Positions 6,545 to 15,568 of a stretch of DNA of 37,987 nt are shown one piece after another. The notes below the pieces were generated by a model, which saw only the letters and a program-made list of their open reading frames with translations, searched no databases and was not told where the DNA came from. Each line of letters opens with the position of its first letter. The stretch's first letter is position 1. This stretch comes from a virus. The stretch is from IMG/VR virus record IMGVR_UViG_3300032435_000033, positions 1-37,987 of that record; one strand, written 5' to 3'. The translations under genes were made by a program, and so were the position numbers.

Positions 6545-8161
6545 TCAGAGATACAAGGCCGCGCGAAACCCCACGGAGCTGTTCGAGTGCGCCCGCGAGG
6601 CGTTCAGGCTCAGCGCCCAGAGCCCGGCATTCGCGCCAGTGCTCCAGCCGCCGCCCGAGCGAGGGCACATATCGGCCGTGCTGTAATCTGATAAATAGTC
6701 GTTCCCGAACGCATTCGAGCCGCCCGAGAGTAGGGGTACGCCAGCGCCGGTCATTTTCCAGGCGGTTCCGCTGGTCGCTGCGCTGAGCACTTGCCCTGCA
6801 TTGCCGTACGTCAACACGCGATCGCTGAAGTTCAGCGCGTACCCGGCGAACGCGCTCATTAGCCCGAGATCGTCATACAGCGCCGCGTGCCCGGTTGCTC
6901 CCCACAAGTCGGTTGCCAGGGCTGAGCCGCTGGTCAGGTCCTTCATCGAGGCCGTAGTTTTCAGCACATAGAATTTGTCTGCGGTTGTTGAGCCGTCCAT
7001 CGTTAAGCCGGGCGTGATTTCCCACATCGCGCCGTTTAAATCTGCGATGCCGCTATTTTGGCCGTTATGCGTTGTTTTTGCCAGCGTGCTTCCAGAGCCT
7101 GTTTTGCACGCGTTGAGATAGCCATCGCCGATAAAGGACAAGGCGCCGTCGTTCTGGTCGCCAAGCGCGTTGTTATTGCAGCCCTTGGGGAAGTTGTTTG
7201 TTGCGTGATACCAAGCGCAATACGTCGCGTTGGTGCTAGCCTGCGCGTGAGCTAGTGACAGCAGCGCCAAGGCTTTGAAAATAAACAAGCTGCTACAGAA
7301 AAAGCCCACTCCGCGCGTTTTTGCAGACACAATGGCGCCGTGGTGTGCGTTTGCTGGAGCACCCGTCAGCCCCGAGAACGGATTATGCGCCGCATTTGAG
7401 GACAGCGGGTTGCCCAGTTTCAAGCTTGATGCTGTGCCTGCGTTATTGCTGCAAAGATATTTATCAACAAACACGCCGCTCTTGACCACTCCAGCATCGT
7501 AAAACGCCCTGTGGAGCGCGTAGCCCTGCTCTGCTGCCTCGCTAACTGAAACGAAGGAAGCGTGCGGCTTAATGCTGACGATATTAACCGCAAACCCATT
7601 CGCACCGGTGCCGTATTTATAATAAAACGCGGGCACCCAGCACATCACTGACCCGTCTGAAAACTGGTAGTTGCCATAATTGTCGTGCATTGAGTCGCTG
7701 TAGCCTGACATTACCGCCATGCCCGCCGGGAGGGTTTCAGGGCATATCCCAACACCAAAGCCTGCCGCGCCTGGCGTGCCTATATTGTTGAGGACCGCGT
7801 ACCACCCGGGATCAATCGTGCCGTCAGCGCGGGAGATCGGGACATTCGCGCCCTTGGGCGTAGTTGAGTAACCCCCGCCGTAGACGATCATCGCGGCATC
7901 GTTTTTGGCGGCGACAGCATCAACTGCTGCGCTCTGAGCCAGCGCGGCTTGCGCGGCAGCCAGGCCCGCTTGAGTGGATCCGTTGGTTTCGGCAAGCCCT
8001 GCCTGAGCGGTTGCAATACCGGCTTGCGTAGTGGCGTCAACTGCCGCCGCAACAGCGGTGAGTTTTGACGCAGTGAAGGTATCATTAACCTCAACAACAG
8101 TAGTTAATAATGCGTCGGTATTACTGATTAAATCAGCCAGTTGTTCAGCAGTTGTGGGCAT
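6545..8161 (-). CDS. DGR target: tail fibre / receptor-binding protein with C-terminal variable (C-type-lectin/FGE-like) domain
   Basis: The N-terminus is an Ala-rich coiled-coil-like region. The C-terminus is ...CPRSGGGWSTGANAGLWALSLNASRAHSNSSVGFRAALYL, and VR ends 8 nt (6548-6555) upstream of the stop codon (6545-6547). It is the last structural gene of the tail module. Confidence 0.85.
   Translation of the reverse strand: MPTTAEQLADLISNTDALLTTVVEVNDTFTASKLTAVAAAVDATTQAGIATAQAGLAETNGSTQAGLAAAQAALAQSAAVDAVAAKNDAAMIVYGGGYSTTPKGANVPISRADGTIDPGWYAVLNNIGTPGAAGFGVGICPETLPAGMAVMSGYSDSMHDNYGNYQFSDGSVMCWVPAFYYKYGTGANGFAVNIVSIKPHASFVSVSEAAEQGYALHRAFYDAGVVKSGVFVDKYLCSNNAGTASSLKLGNPLSSNAAHNPFSGLTGAPANAHHGAIVSAKTRGVGFFCSSLFIFKALALLSLAHAQASTNATYCAWYHATNNFPKGCNNNALGDQNDGALSFIGDGYLNACKTGSGSTLAKTTHNGQNSGIADLNGAMWEITPGLTMDGSTTADKFYVLKTTASMKDLTSGSALATDLWGATGHAALYDDLGLMSAFAGYALNFSDRVLTYGNAGQVLSAATSGTAWKMTGAGVPLLSGGSNAFGNDYLSDYSTADMCPRSGGGWSTGANAGLWALSLNASRAHSNSSVGFRAALYL
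6556..6673 (-). repeat. DGR variable repeat (VR), last ~39 codons of the tail-fibre gene
   Basis: It aligns to TR without gaps, with 16 mismatches. Fifteen are at positions where TR has A on the coding strand. Confidence 0.9.
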
Positions 8162-8559
8162 TATAAAAGCTCCAGTGCGTGTATGTTTTGTAGGGTGATA
8201 ATCGCGGAGGTGTGGCTCATGAGAAATACATCTATCTCAGAGACATTTGCAGTGGTCACTGCCTGCGCATCTACTGCAATAACTGCCTGCTCAGCAGCAG
8301 TGGTGGCACTGTTACCCGCAGTGCCAGCACTGGCATCTGCCTCAACAGCTTTAATACCTGCAAGTTCCTGTGAAGCTTCTGCTGCAGCAGCAGAGCTTGC
8401 AGCTTCAGAAGCTTTTGTCGTTGCATTAGCAGAATACCCACCAAGCTCAACAAGGCCCGCATTGACGCCGGCTTCCAGCGCATCGACAGCAGCGTTGTGC
8501 TTTTCCGGGTAGTTAGTGGCTCCGATCTCGATCTTCGCCGGTTGTAGATTGATCGCCAT
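8161..8559 (-). CDS. Ala-rich tail-fibre-associated protein (132 aa)
   Basis: TAATG coupling to the target gene at 8161. It has the same low-complexity A/T/S-rich coiled-coil style as the N-terminus of the fibre. Confidence 0.55.
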   Translation of the reverse strand: MAINLQPAKIEIGATNYPEKHNAAVDALEAGVNAGLVELGGYSANATTKASEAASSAAAAEASQELAGIKAVEADASAGTAGNSATTAAEQAVIAVDAQAVTTANVSEIDVFLMSHTSAIITLQNIHALELL

Positions 8560-9429
8560 TTAGTTCTCCAGGAATCGGCCAGCGAGGGTATTGCCATTGT
8601 GATACATGTTTTTGTATGACGCGTCGTTATCACGCCGGAAAATGCTGGAGCCGAGGAACTTGTCATATCCAGTCCAGGACGGATTAGAGATGATGTATAA
8701 ATCACCCCCTTTACCGCGCTCTTCGAGGATTGACATGAACACGTTGCGGTCAGTGTCTGGCAGAAAATTGAAGTCGTAATCAAGCCGGCGGCGAGCTGGA
8801 AGAGTGGTGGTTCTAACGCCCCCGGATCTCATCACTGTGTGCTTGCTATCGTCAGCGATAGTCGCAACGCTGCCGCGATCGAATCCGTACGCTGGGGCCC
8901 AGGCGAAAAATGCGGCCAGTTTGTCTATCTCGACAAAACCATTTGTTGGAGTGGGCACAAAGAGATCAATCTGGACCGACTTCCCGCGAACCGTCGATGT
9001 AAGTGGCAAGCTATAAACCCGATCCAGATTAGACGATGGGTCATAATAATTTCCCCACGGATCAATGCCGGCTATCGACTCGCCCCACGGTTTAATTGTG
9101 TAGATTTTATCGGCGCCTGGAACATCGTCAGAGTCGTAGCTAACATCACCTGTTTGACTCTCTCCTGCGAAAACACGGATTCTAACTGTGGCATCTGACG
9201 CCAGATTGTGCCCCTTTAGGATAAAAGCCGTCAGAGAAAACTGGTTTACTGATGTTCCTTTGATAGACAAAGTACTCTCACCCGTCATATCCCAGCGCGC
9301 AGGTTTACGCTTAATTTGACTCAGCACGTTCAGCAGCGGATGAGCTGCCTCTGCAGCTATCGTGGAGCTTAAAGCCATGCCCACTAATTCATTCTGCCAT
9401 CCAATGTGAAACGTGTCTCTTAAGCTCAT
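8560..9429 (-). CDS. Tail tip / baseplate-region protein (289 aa)
   Basis: ATG 9429 overlaps the upstream TGA (ATGA). It lies between the tape measure-proximal protein and the fibre genes. Confidence 0.6.
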   Translation of the reverse strand: MSLRDTFHIGWQNELVGMALSSTIAAEAAHPLLNVLSQIKRKPARWDMTGESTLSIKGTSVNQFSLTAFILKGHNLASDATVRIRVFAGESQTGDVSYDSDDVPGADKIYTIKPWGESIAGIDPWGNYYDPSSNLDRVYSLPLTSTVRGKSVQIDLFVPTPTNGFVEIDKLAAFFAWAPAYGFDRGSVATIADDSKHTVMRSGGVRTTTLPARRRLDYDFNFLPDTDRNVFMSILEERGKGGDLYIISNPSWTGYDKFLGSSIFRRDNDASYKNMYHNGNTLAGRFLEN

Positions 9430-10847
9430 TTCCACACCGCCAGTTCGCAAACCCTTTGCGTTAGATTTTTCCGGTTTCCAATCACAACAAAGTCATCCTC
9501 AATGCCAGACTCCTGATCAACAACTGAAATTGTTGTCCCGATCCTGTCAAAAATACAGGTAGCATCTCCGGTGAATGACCAACGTGATCGCTCTACTGCA
9601 CGCAGCGCAAAACGACGATCCAGCTCAGCTTGTGCATCCGCTTCCACGAAAATCAGTGTTTCCGTTTTTTGCGGCATACTGAATGGATACGACGGCAACA
9701 ACCGGGAGTCACCCAGGTACGAGTACTCTTTTCCATACAGCGCATAATTAGCAGCGCTCAACGAACCCGCAAGCTCTGTTGATTGCACTGTCCAGTTGCG
9801 CTTATAACCCAGCTCCAACGACAAATAAGGCGGCTCCCTTTCGTAAAGCGCCAGATCTCCCATCGTCATGTTTGAGACTGTAACGGTTCGAGTTGGAGAT
9901 GCGGGCGCGTCGATGCGGATAAACTCCATTTCTCCATCAAGATTAATGCGCGGATTAGCTCCCAGCGATGCGGCCATTTCAGTCAACATCTCTTGGACGG
10001 AAATATAGCTGTAGCAAACGTAACCCAACGGGATTAAATCGAACGCTGAAACGCTGGCGGCGACGGGAAAGGGCCGCTTAACATATGCGTTCACCTGGGC
10101 TAGAATCGATGTCAAATGGGAAGACGAAGCTGTGAACGGAACCGGGTCGCATGTTATGTCGCCGGCAGGAACCGAATTGAGAACGATCCCCATTTCCAGT
10201 CCATCTCCTGATCCATCAACAGACAGATTCAGCGTCCAGTCATCGGATTCACCTAACACCAGGTCAACGCCCGAATCCCTGACGGTGGTATCCGTGTAGA
10301 TCACGACTGCAGGCGTAAAAAAGATGTACATCGTGCTGGTTTTTCGCACAGGCCTGACGTTAAAAGCGCGGCCAAACACAAAGGGCATTCCGACATCCGA
10401 GCCTTTACCGTTACCTTTGATTAACTGGTCGAAGTACTCGCGCCCTGTGTCCTCAAAGGAAAATCGATATGTGCCAGTTTTTGGTCGTAAAAAGTTCTTT
10501 GTTTTGCCGAAACCCTCTTGTCGAAAGTCTAACCGGGGCCAGGCTCGATCACCGTAAAAAATCTTAAAACTAAAACCAACGAACTGATAATCTGCAATCG
10601 TATCCTCGTCATCAAGGATATCGATCGTGGATAAAAGCACTGCGTCAATCTGGTCATCAACAACTATGTCACTATCGATGATCGCTGGATAAAGTGGCGC
10701 ATCAACATCGTATGGATCAATGTACCCCGCGTCGCTTGCATATAAAGTTTTTGCTGACCCGTCATAGTAACCAGCCTCAATTAGCACCACGGGCTGTGTA
10801 TCGTCACTCTCAAGCCACGCCAACCACTCGCTATCCGATAGAGCCAT
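9426..10847 (-). CDS. Tail tip protein (473 aa)
   Basis: It lies immediately downstream of the tape measure gene with a 17-nt overlap. The function is assigned from position only. Confidence 0.6.
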   Translation of the reverse strand: MALSDSEWLAWLESDDTQPVVLIEAGYYDGSAKTLYASDAGYIDPYDVDAPLYPAIIDSDIVVDDQIDAVLLSTIDILDDEDTIADYQFVGFSFKIFYGDRAWPRLDFRQEGFGKTKNFLRPKTGTYRFSFEDTGREYFDQLIKGNGKGSDVGMPFVFGRAFNVRPVRKTSTMYIFFTPAVVIYTDTTVRDSGVDLVLGESDDWTLNLSVDGSGDGLEMGIVLNSVPAGDITCDPVPFTASSSHLTSILAQVNAYVKRPFPVAASVSAFDLIPLGYVCYSYISVQEMLTEMAASLGANPRINLDGEMEFIRIDAPASPTRTVTVSNMTMGDLALYEREPPYLSLELGYKRNWTVQSTELAGSLSAANYALYGKEYSYLGDSRLLPSYPFSMPQKTETLIFVEADAQAELDRRFALRAVERSRWSFTGDATCIFDRIGTTISVVDQESGIEDDFVVIGNRKNLTQRVCELAVWK

Positions 10848-13800
10848 TTGCCCGCCTCACTGTTAATTTTTGCAGCTCAGTAAGTGAGCTGTTATCAATA
10901 GTTTTGAGCGCTTCACGCTGCTCAGCGGCGTGCATGCCCACATTGTATATGGCCTGCTGAACGGTCTCGATGTTGTCAGATACCAGTCTCAAAAGTTTGT
11001 TTTGTCCCTGAATTTCAGTGATCAAGTCGCGGATCCCGCCAGAGCCATTGACCGGCATCACGTCTTCAGTACCGTGCATGAGCGCCAACCAGCCCGACTC
11101 CGGACCTGTGCCCCTGCCCCCGCCGCTGAAAGATGGCAGACCGGCACTTAGAGCTGCATCGATAATTTCCTGCTGAGTAAAACCGGTCGCCTCGGCCAGC
11201 TGTTTTGACCCAATGCCGTTGTCGTTCGCAGCGTCGTAGATCATCTTGATCTGATCTATCCAGCTGGCCCCGCTGCTCATCACGCCGGTTACGTACGATG
11301 CGATCTCCGCGGAAGAAGCGGACTCATTGCGCTTATCCCCATCATTGGCTGCAACCGCTGCAGCGGGTGCAGCGGGTGCAGCGGGTGGATACACGTAGCT
11401 GTTAAATGGAGGCAGCCCCACGCCAACAACGGCGTCAATTATTTCCTGTTGATCATAGCTGGTCGCCTCGGCGAGCTGTCCGGATCCGACACCGTTCTCA
11501 ATTGCCGCCGTATACACTGCAGTTACTTTATCAACCCAGCTGGCGCCGCTGGCCTCGACTTCTGCTACGTACGCTGCAATATCGGCCAAAGGTATTGAAT
11601 CGTTTCGCTTGGAACGATAGTCATCAACCGCCCCTAATCCGAGATTCCCCAGGTAATCATTGGCGCCGGATTCGGCCAAAGTGCCTTTTGGAATTTTGTC
11701 CGCGATTACTTCGGTGTACGTCCCTTTGCTTTCAAGCCCGCGCATGAAAACGCCCATGGTTGCGCTAATTGCCGCAGCCAGATCTGGTGCCAGGTCTTCT
11801 ATAAAACCTTTGATCAGAACCAGCTCATCAACAACTTTATTCGTGCTGTCAGAGGTGATAACAGCCAGCTCAGCACGCAGAGAGTTCAGTTCTGAGATCA
11901 GCGCATTATTCGCGGCAGTCGGATCGAAAGCTGCACCGGGATCCGCGAGAGCCGATGTATTCTCTACAACACCAAGCACTTCCCGGAAAATATCTTTATA
12001 TGCACCCGAGCTTGCAAACATACCTCGCGCTGCATCCAGGTAAGAGTCGCCAGCAGACTTTAATCCCTCACCTGCAGCCAACCTCTCTTCATTCGAAAGC
12101 GTTTCATCGTTGACCGCATCGGATAATTTGCGGAACTGTTTTTGCGCAAGTGTCAGTTGATCAGCCGGGCTCAAAATGCTTTTGTCGCCAATCTGCAGGC
12201 TTATGGCGTAGTCTTTGAGATCTCGTGTCAGAGAAAGGCGACGATTGTAGAGCTCCTGCTCCATGCGCATCTGCTCAGCGTGTGATGCAACGGCCGCCTG
12301 CCTCAACTGCGCGATCTCAGCGATCCTGCCATCCACGTCACCTACAGCGACTTGAGACAGCAGCGCAATCCCCTGCAGTGTGTATATCTGATCTCTGATA
12401 CTGGACTGCAAATTGGCTGCCGCTTTAGTTGTAACTAGCATCAGTTTCACAGACTCCATACGAGTCGACGCCAGCTCAGTCTCAACCGTAACAACAGCCT
12501 GCAGCGCCTCTGCCACAGCCTGCGTGTCTGGCTCACGCAGAGCCAGTGCATCTGCAAACTGTGCCAGTATCTGCTCTGCGGTGCCTGTGGCATTCTGCAG
12601 AACCGACATTAATTCTTCATCCAGCCCTTCTACGTGTTGCAAAATCTGCCGAGTAAACGAGCTTAACAAAGGCAGCAGCGCACCTTCGTCTTCAAGTCCA
12701 TTTTTACCACCGCGCAACCCGAAGAAGTTTCCGTTGTTAACGCCGAAATCTGCATGGGTCCCGGCCAGATCCACATTCTTCAGATTCAGCCGACCGCCGG
12801 CGAGCTCCACAAGTCGCACCGCCTCTGCATCAATCGCCTGAAACATAGTAGCGATGACGTTTGCGGCCTCTTCCGATCCACGACGGTTGATCAGTGTAAT
12901 ATCCAAACCTGATGCGAACTCAGTTTTGCCAAATTCATGCTTATCTTTTACAACGGGTTGCGGACCTACTGAGAAGCCAATGCTCGCTCGCTTCCATCCG
13001 TCACCCTTTGAGATATGATTGCCGAGAAGCGCCAGTCCAGCTAACGCCCAGCCCCAACCAGGAATCGCAGAGAGCACGCCCATCACAGAGCTTGCAGCAG
13101 AGCCAAGTGCGCCAGTTATAGTTCCGCCAAGCCCTGCAGCCGCACCCGCCCCTGTTGGCGCCAAAGGGCCCACAAACGATGCCGAACCCGCAACGCCTTT
13201 CAGCAGGCTGCTGGTAATTGCAGAAACACCGGCGCCGATCAAAGAGTTTGCAGCAATGCCACCGACACCTGTTCCGAGAAGAGAATTCGCAACTGAGCCC
13301 CCGGTTCCCGGAGCAGATAACCCACCGCTCGATGTAACCATCCCCAGCTTCACAAGGATAGGCTGGGTGATTGCCTGGTGAGCAAGCTCTCCGAGCAGGT
13401 CTTTCATGCTCTTTTTCAGATCGCCAGCGAGCTTATCAAACCCTTCGCCAGCACCTGACCAGGCGCGGGCGAAGGATGCGTCTACGCGCTTGAGAGCCTC
13501 TTCATAGGACTTAGCCAGCAGTTCGGACTGACTGCCCAGCACGCGGGTTTTCCTTTCTGCCTCCGCTATACCAAGGGCTGTGGTTCGGTAGCTGTTTTCT
13601 ATGCCCGATAAATACCGGTCGTAATCCGACTGGCTGATGGTTCCATGCAGCATCTTGAGTTTAGCCAGCTCAGCATTGTATTTTGCAGTAGCTGCCTGCA
13701 GAGGGTTGTAGCGACCGATTAACTCATCTTGGATTTTGCCCAGCTCACTGCCTGATCCGGTGATCGCATTAGTCGTGTCTCTGTATGCTTTTTCAATGCC

Positions 13801-15183
13801 TGCCAGTATCCGCGCATAGTCCTCATCAGCTATCTGGCCTTGCACTTTCGCCAGCTTCGCCAACTCATCTTCGTATTTTTTAGTAGCGGCCTGCAGCGGA
13901 TGATAGCGACCAATAAGTTCATCCTGTATTTTTGTCATCTCGGCACTTGAGATGGTTATCTCATCAGATGATTCCGCCATCCGAACGTTGCTATCTATCA
14001 CAGCCTCAGCCGCCGAAACGGAAGCGCGAGTAACATCAGCAATGTACGCATCAAGCTTTTGAGACGGGATCTGTGCGAGCATCAAATCATTAAGCTCGCT
14101 GGTTAACGTTGTAAACGTGTGAGAGACAGCCTGCTCAAGCCGGCCGAAACCAGTCTCTTCGTAGTTAATTTTTATGCCTGGTATCAGGTTTGCTAATTCC
14201 CTGTACCCCTCGATCACCATACCAAAGCTGTTGATTGCAGCTGTTGCAATGCCGGCAACCACAACCTGGATGCCTTTTACAATAATCTGCACACCACGAA
14301 ATGCGTCACCTACAAACCCAGCAGCAGTTATAACGTAGCCGAACACTTTCTCAGCGACAGATGCCATGCCCCCCATCTCTTCAGCGACACCAAAAACGCG
14401 AGTCGCCAGATCGGTAATCACCGGTGAGACCGCGACCGTTATCTGCTGCGCAAAACCAGTGCCCAGCATTTTCGCAGTTGAAAGCGCATCACTCGCCTGC
14501 TCGACTTTTGCCGCATCGATTCGGGTTAATGCCGTGCCGGCGATATCTGTTTGCCTAGCGAGCTCAGCGATCCCGGCGCTACCCAGGTTTAACGTATTAA
14601 CCAGATCAATACCGGCGTCACCGAAAATTTTTGAAGCGATGGCCGCTTTCTGCTGAGCTGAATCCAGACCGGCTATTTTGTCTGAGATCAGTTCATACTG
14701 CTGATCTGTGTTGAGCTTAAAAAACTCATCGCTAGAAAGTCCAAGCTCATCAATGGCGACTCGCGCCCGGCCAATGCCCATAGAGGCATCACCGATGTTT
14801 TTAGTCATCGTTTGCATGGCTTTTACAAACTGCTCATTACTGACCCCGCCCATGTTGGCCGCATGCTGGTACCCAACCAGCTTCTCCGTGGCCATGCCCA
14901 ACTGGTCAGAAACTTTTGCCAGACGATCAATCACCGGCATCTGGCTGACAACCATGGCGACGCCGGCAGCAACTACCGCACCGCCGGCCACCATGGCATA
15001 TTTAGACAGGCTTTGAGTAACCTTCCCGTAGCCTTCGGACATTTGTTTGCTGACAGAGATAGTTTTATTTTGCTTGGCGAGCAGAGAGTCCAGCTCTTTG
15101 CCGGTCAGATTTAATTGACGTACGCCGTCCTTCGAGTCACCTTTTATGACCAGCGTTGTCTGTATTTTCTTTTCCGTTGCCAT
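10831..15183 (-). CDS. Tail tape measure protein (1450 aa)
   Basis: It is the longest gene, follows the G/T chaperone pair, is helical and Ala/Gly-rich, and has internal repeats and a Gly-rich hydrophobic block. Confidence 0.9.
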   Translation of the reverse strand: MATEKKIQTTLVIKGDSKDGVRQLNLTGKELDSLLAKQNKTISVSKQMSEGYGKVTQSLSKYAMVAGGAVVAAGVAMVVSQMPVIDRLAKVSDQLGMATEKLVGYQHAANMGGVSNEQFVKAMQTMTKNIGDASMGIGRARVAIDELGLSSDEFFKLNTDQQYELISDKIAGLDSAQQKAAIASKIFGDAGIDLVNTLNLGSAGIAELARQTDIAGTALTRIDAAKVEQASDALSTAKMLGTGFAQQITVAVSPVITDLATRVFGVAEEMGGMASVAEKVFGYVITAAGFVGDAFRGVQIIVKGIQVVVAGIATAAINSFGMVIEGYRELANLIPGIKINYEETGFGRLEQAVSHTFTTLTSELNDLMLAQIPSQKLDAYIADVTRASVSAAEAVIDSNVRMAESSDEITISSAEMTKIQDELIGRYHPLQAATKKYEDELAKLAKVQGQIADEDYARILAGIEKAYRDTTNAITGSGSELGKIQDELIGRYNPLQAATAKYNAELAKLKMLHGTISQSDYDRYLSGIENSYRTTALGIAEAERKTRVLGSQSELLAKSYEEALKRVDASFARAWSGAGEGFDKLAGDLKKSMKDLLGELAHQAITQPILVKLGMVTSSGGLSAPGTGGSVANSLLGTGVGGIAANSLIGAGVSAITSSLLKGVAGSASFVGPLAPTGAGAAAGLGGTITGALGSAASSVMGVLSAIPGWGWALAGLALLGNHISKGDGWKRASIGFSVGPQPVVKDKHEFGKTEFASGLDITLINRRGSEEAANVIATMFQAIDAEAVRLVELAGGRLNLKNVDLAGTHADFGVNNGNFFGLRGGKNGLEDEGALLPLLSSFTRQILQHVEGLDEELMSVLQNATGTAEQILAQFADALALREPDTQAVAEALQAVVTVETELASTRMESVKLMLVTTKAAANLQSSIRDQIYTLQGIALLSQVAVGDVDGRIAEIAQLRQAAVASHAEQMRMEQELYNRRLSLTRDLKDYAISLQIGDKSILSPADQLTLAQKQFRKLSDAVNDETLSNEERLAAGEGLKSAGDSYLDAARGMFASSGAYKDIFREVLGVVENTSALADPGAAFDPTAANNALISELNSLRAELAVITSDSTNKVVDELVLIKGFIEDLAPDLAAAISATMGVFMRGLESKGTYTEVIADKIPKGTLAESGANDYLGNLGLGAVDDYRSKRNDSIPLADIAAYVAEVEASGASWVDKVTAVYTAAIENGVGSGQLAEATSYDQQEIIDAVVGVGLPPFNSYVYPPAAPAAPAAAVAANDGDKRNESASSAEIASYVTGVMSSGASWIDQIKMIYDAANDNGIGSKQLAEATGFTQQEIIDAALSAGLPSFSGGGRGTGPESGWLALMHGTEDVMPVNGSGGIRDLITEIQGQNKLLRLVSDNIETVQQAIYNVGMHAAEQREALKTIDNSSLTELQKLTVRRANGSIG

Positions 15184-15568
15184 TTAAAATACTCTTAGCC
15201 CCATCGATGACATATTTAATATGCCGGAATATCCGCTTGCGCTGACTTGATCGGACGTTAAAACAGCGAAGTGCAGACTCTACCGATTGCAGATTGAACG
15301 ACTGATAAATTGGCAGGCTGCCACCCCCGGCCGTTGGCACAAAAACCAAATGCCATTGATCACAGCAGTGCTGAAAAATCTGCCATGTCGGCCAGTTTTC
15401 GTGCATCACAACAAATTGATCAGGCAGATCCCAGTACGTATCTCTGCCGGCATCATCCGGGCGATCCGGAAGGCGTATCATTGACGCACCTTTCCCGGTG
15501 GCGCCAGGCGCAGATCGGTGCTTAGTCGACACTGTCTGCGCCCGAGCCCAGTAGCGGCCCACCTCCAT
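15137..15568 (-). CDS. Tail assembly chaperone, T-like part (expected to be expressed as a G-T fusion by -1 frameshift)
   Basis: The ORF lies in the -1 frame relative to the upstream chaperone, with a slippery heptamer immediately upstream. It sits directly before the tape measure gene. Confidence 0.7.
   Translation of the reverse strand: MEVGRYWARAQTVSTKHRSAPGATGKGASMIRLPDRPDDAGRDTYWDLPDQFVVMHENWPTWQIFQHCCDQWHLVFVPTAGGGSLPIYQSFNLQSVESALRCFNVRSSQRKRIFRHIKYVIDGAKSILNGNGKENTDNAGHKR

Noticed and set aside
6480-6556. Hairpin/cruciform downstream of VR as in BPP-1
   Set aside because: I looked for an inverted repeat between the target stop and the avd start and found only 3-bp complementarities.
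5916-6686. Plus-strand ORFs 5916..6182, 6318..6686 and 6506..6691 across TR, avd and VR
   Set aside because: They are antisense to well-supported genes and repeats. Their similarity to each other only mirrors the TR/VR repeat.
8271-8783. 170-aa minus-strand ORF overlapping two tail genes
   Set aside because: It is an alternative frame spanning the junction of two better-supported, translationally coupled genes.
8161-15183. A second, remote VR elsewhere in the tail genes
   Set aside because: No other translation in the ORF track contains the GANAGLWAL-type segment, and I saw no other copy of the cagcgcccagagcccggcattcgcgcc core. A computational repeat search would be needed to be certain.
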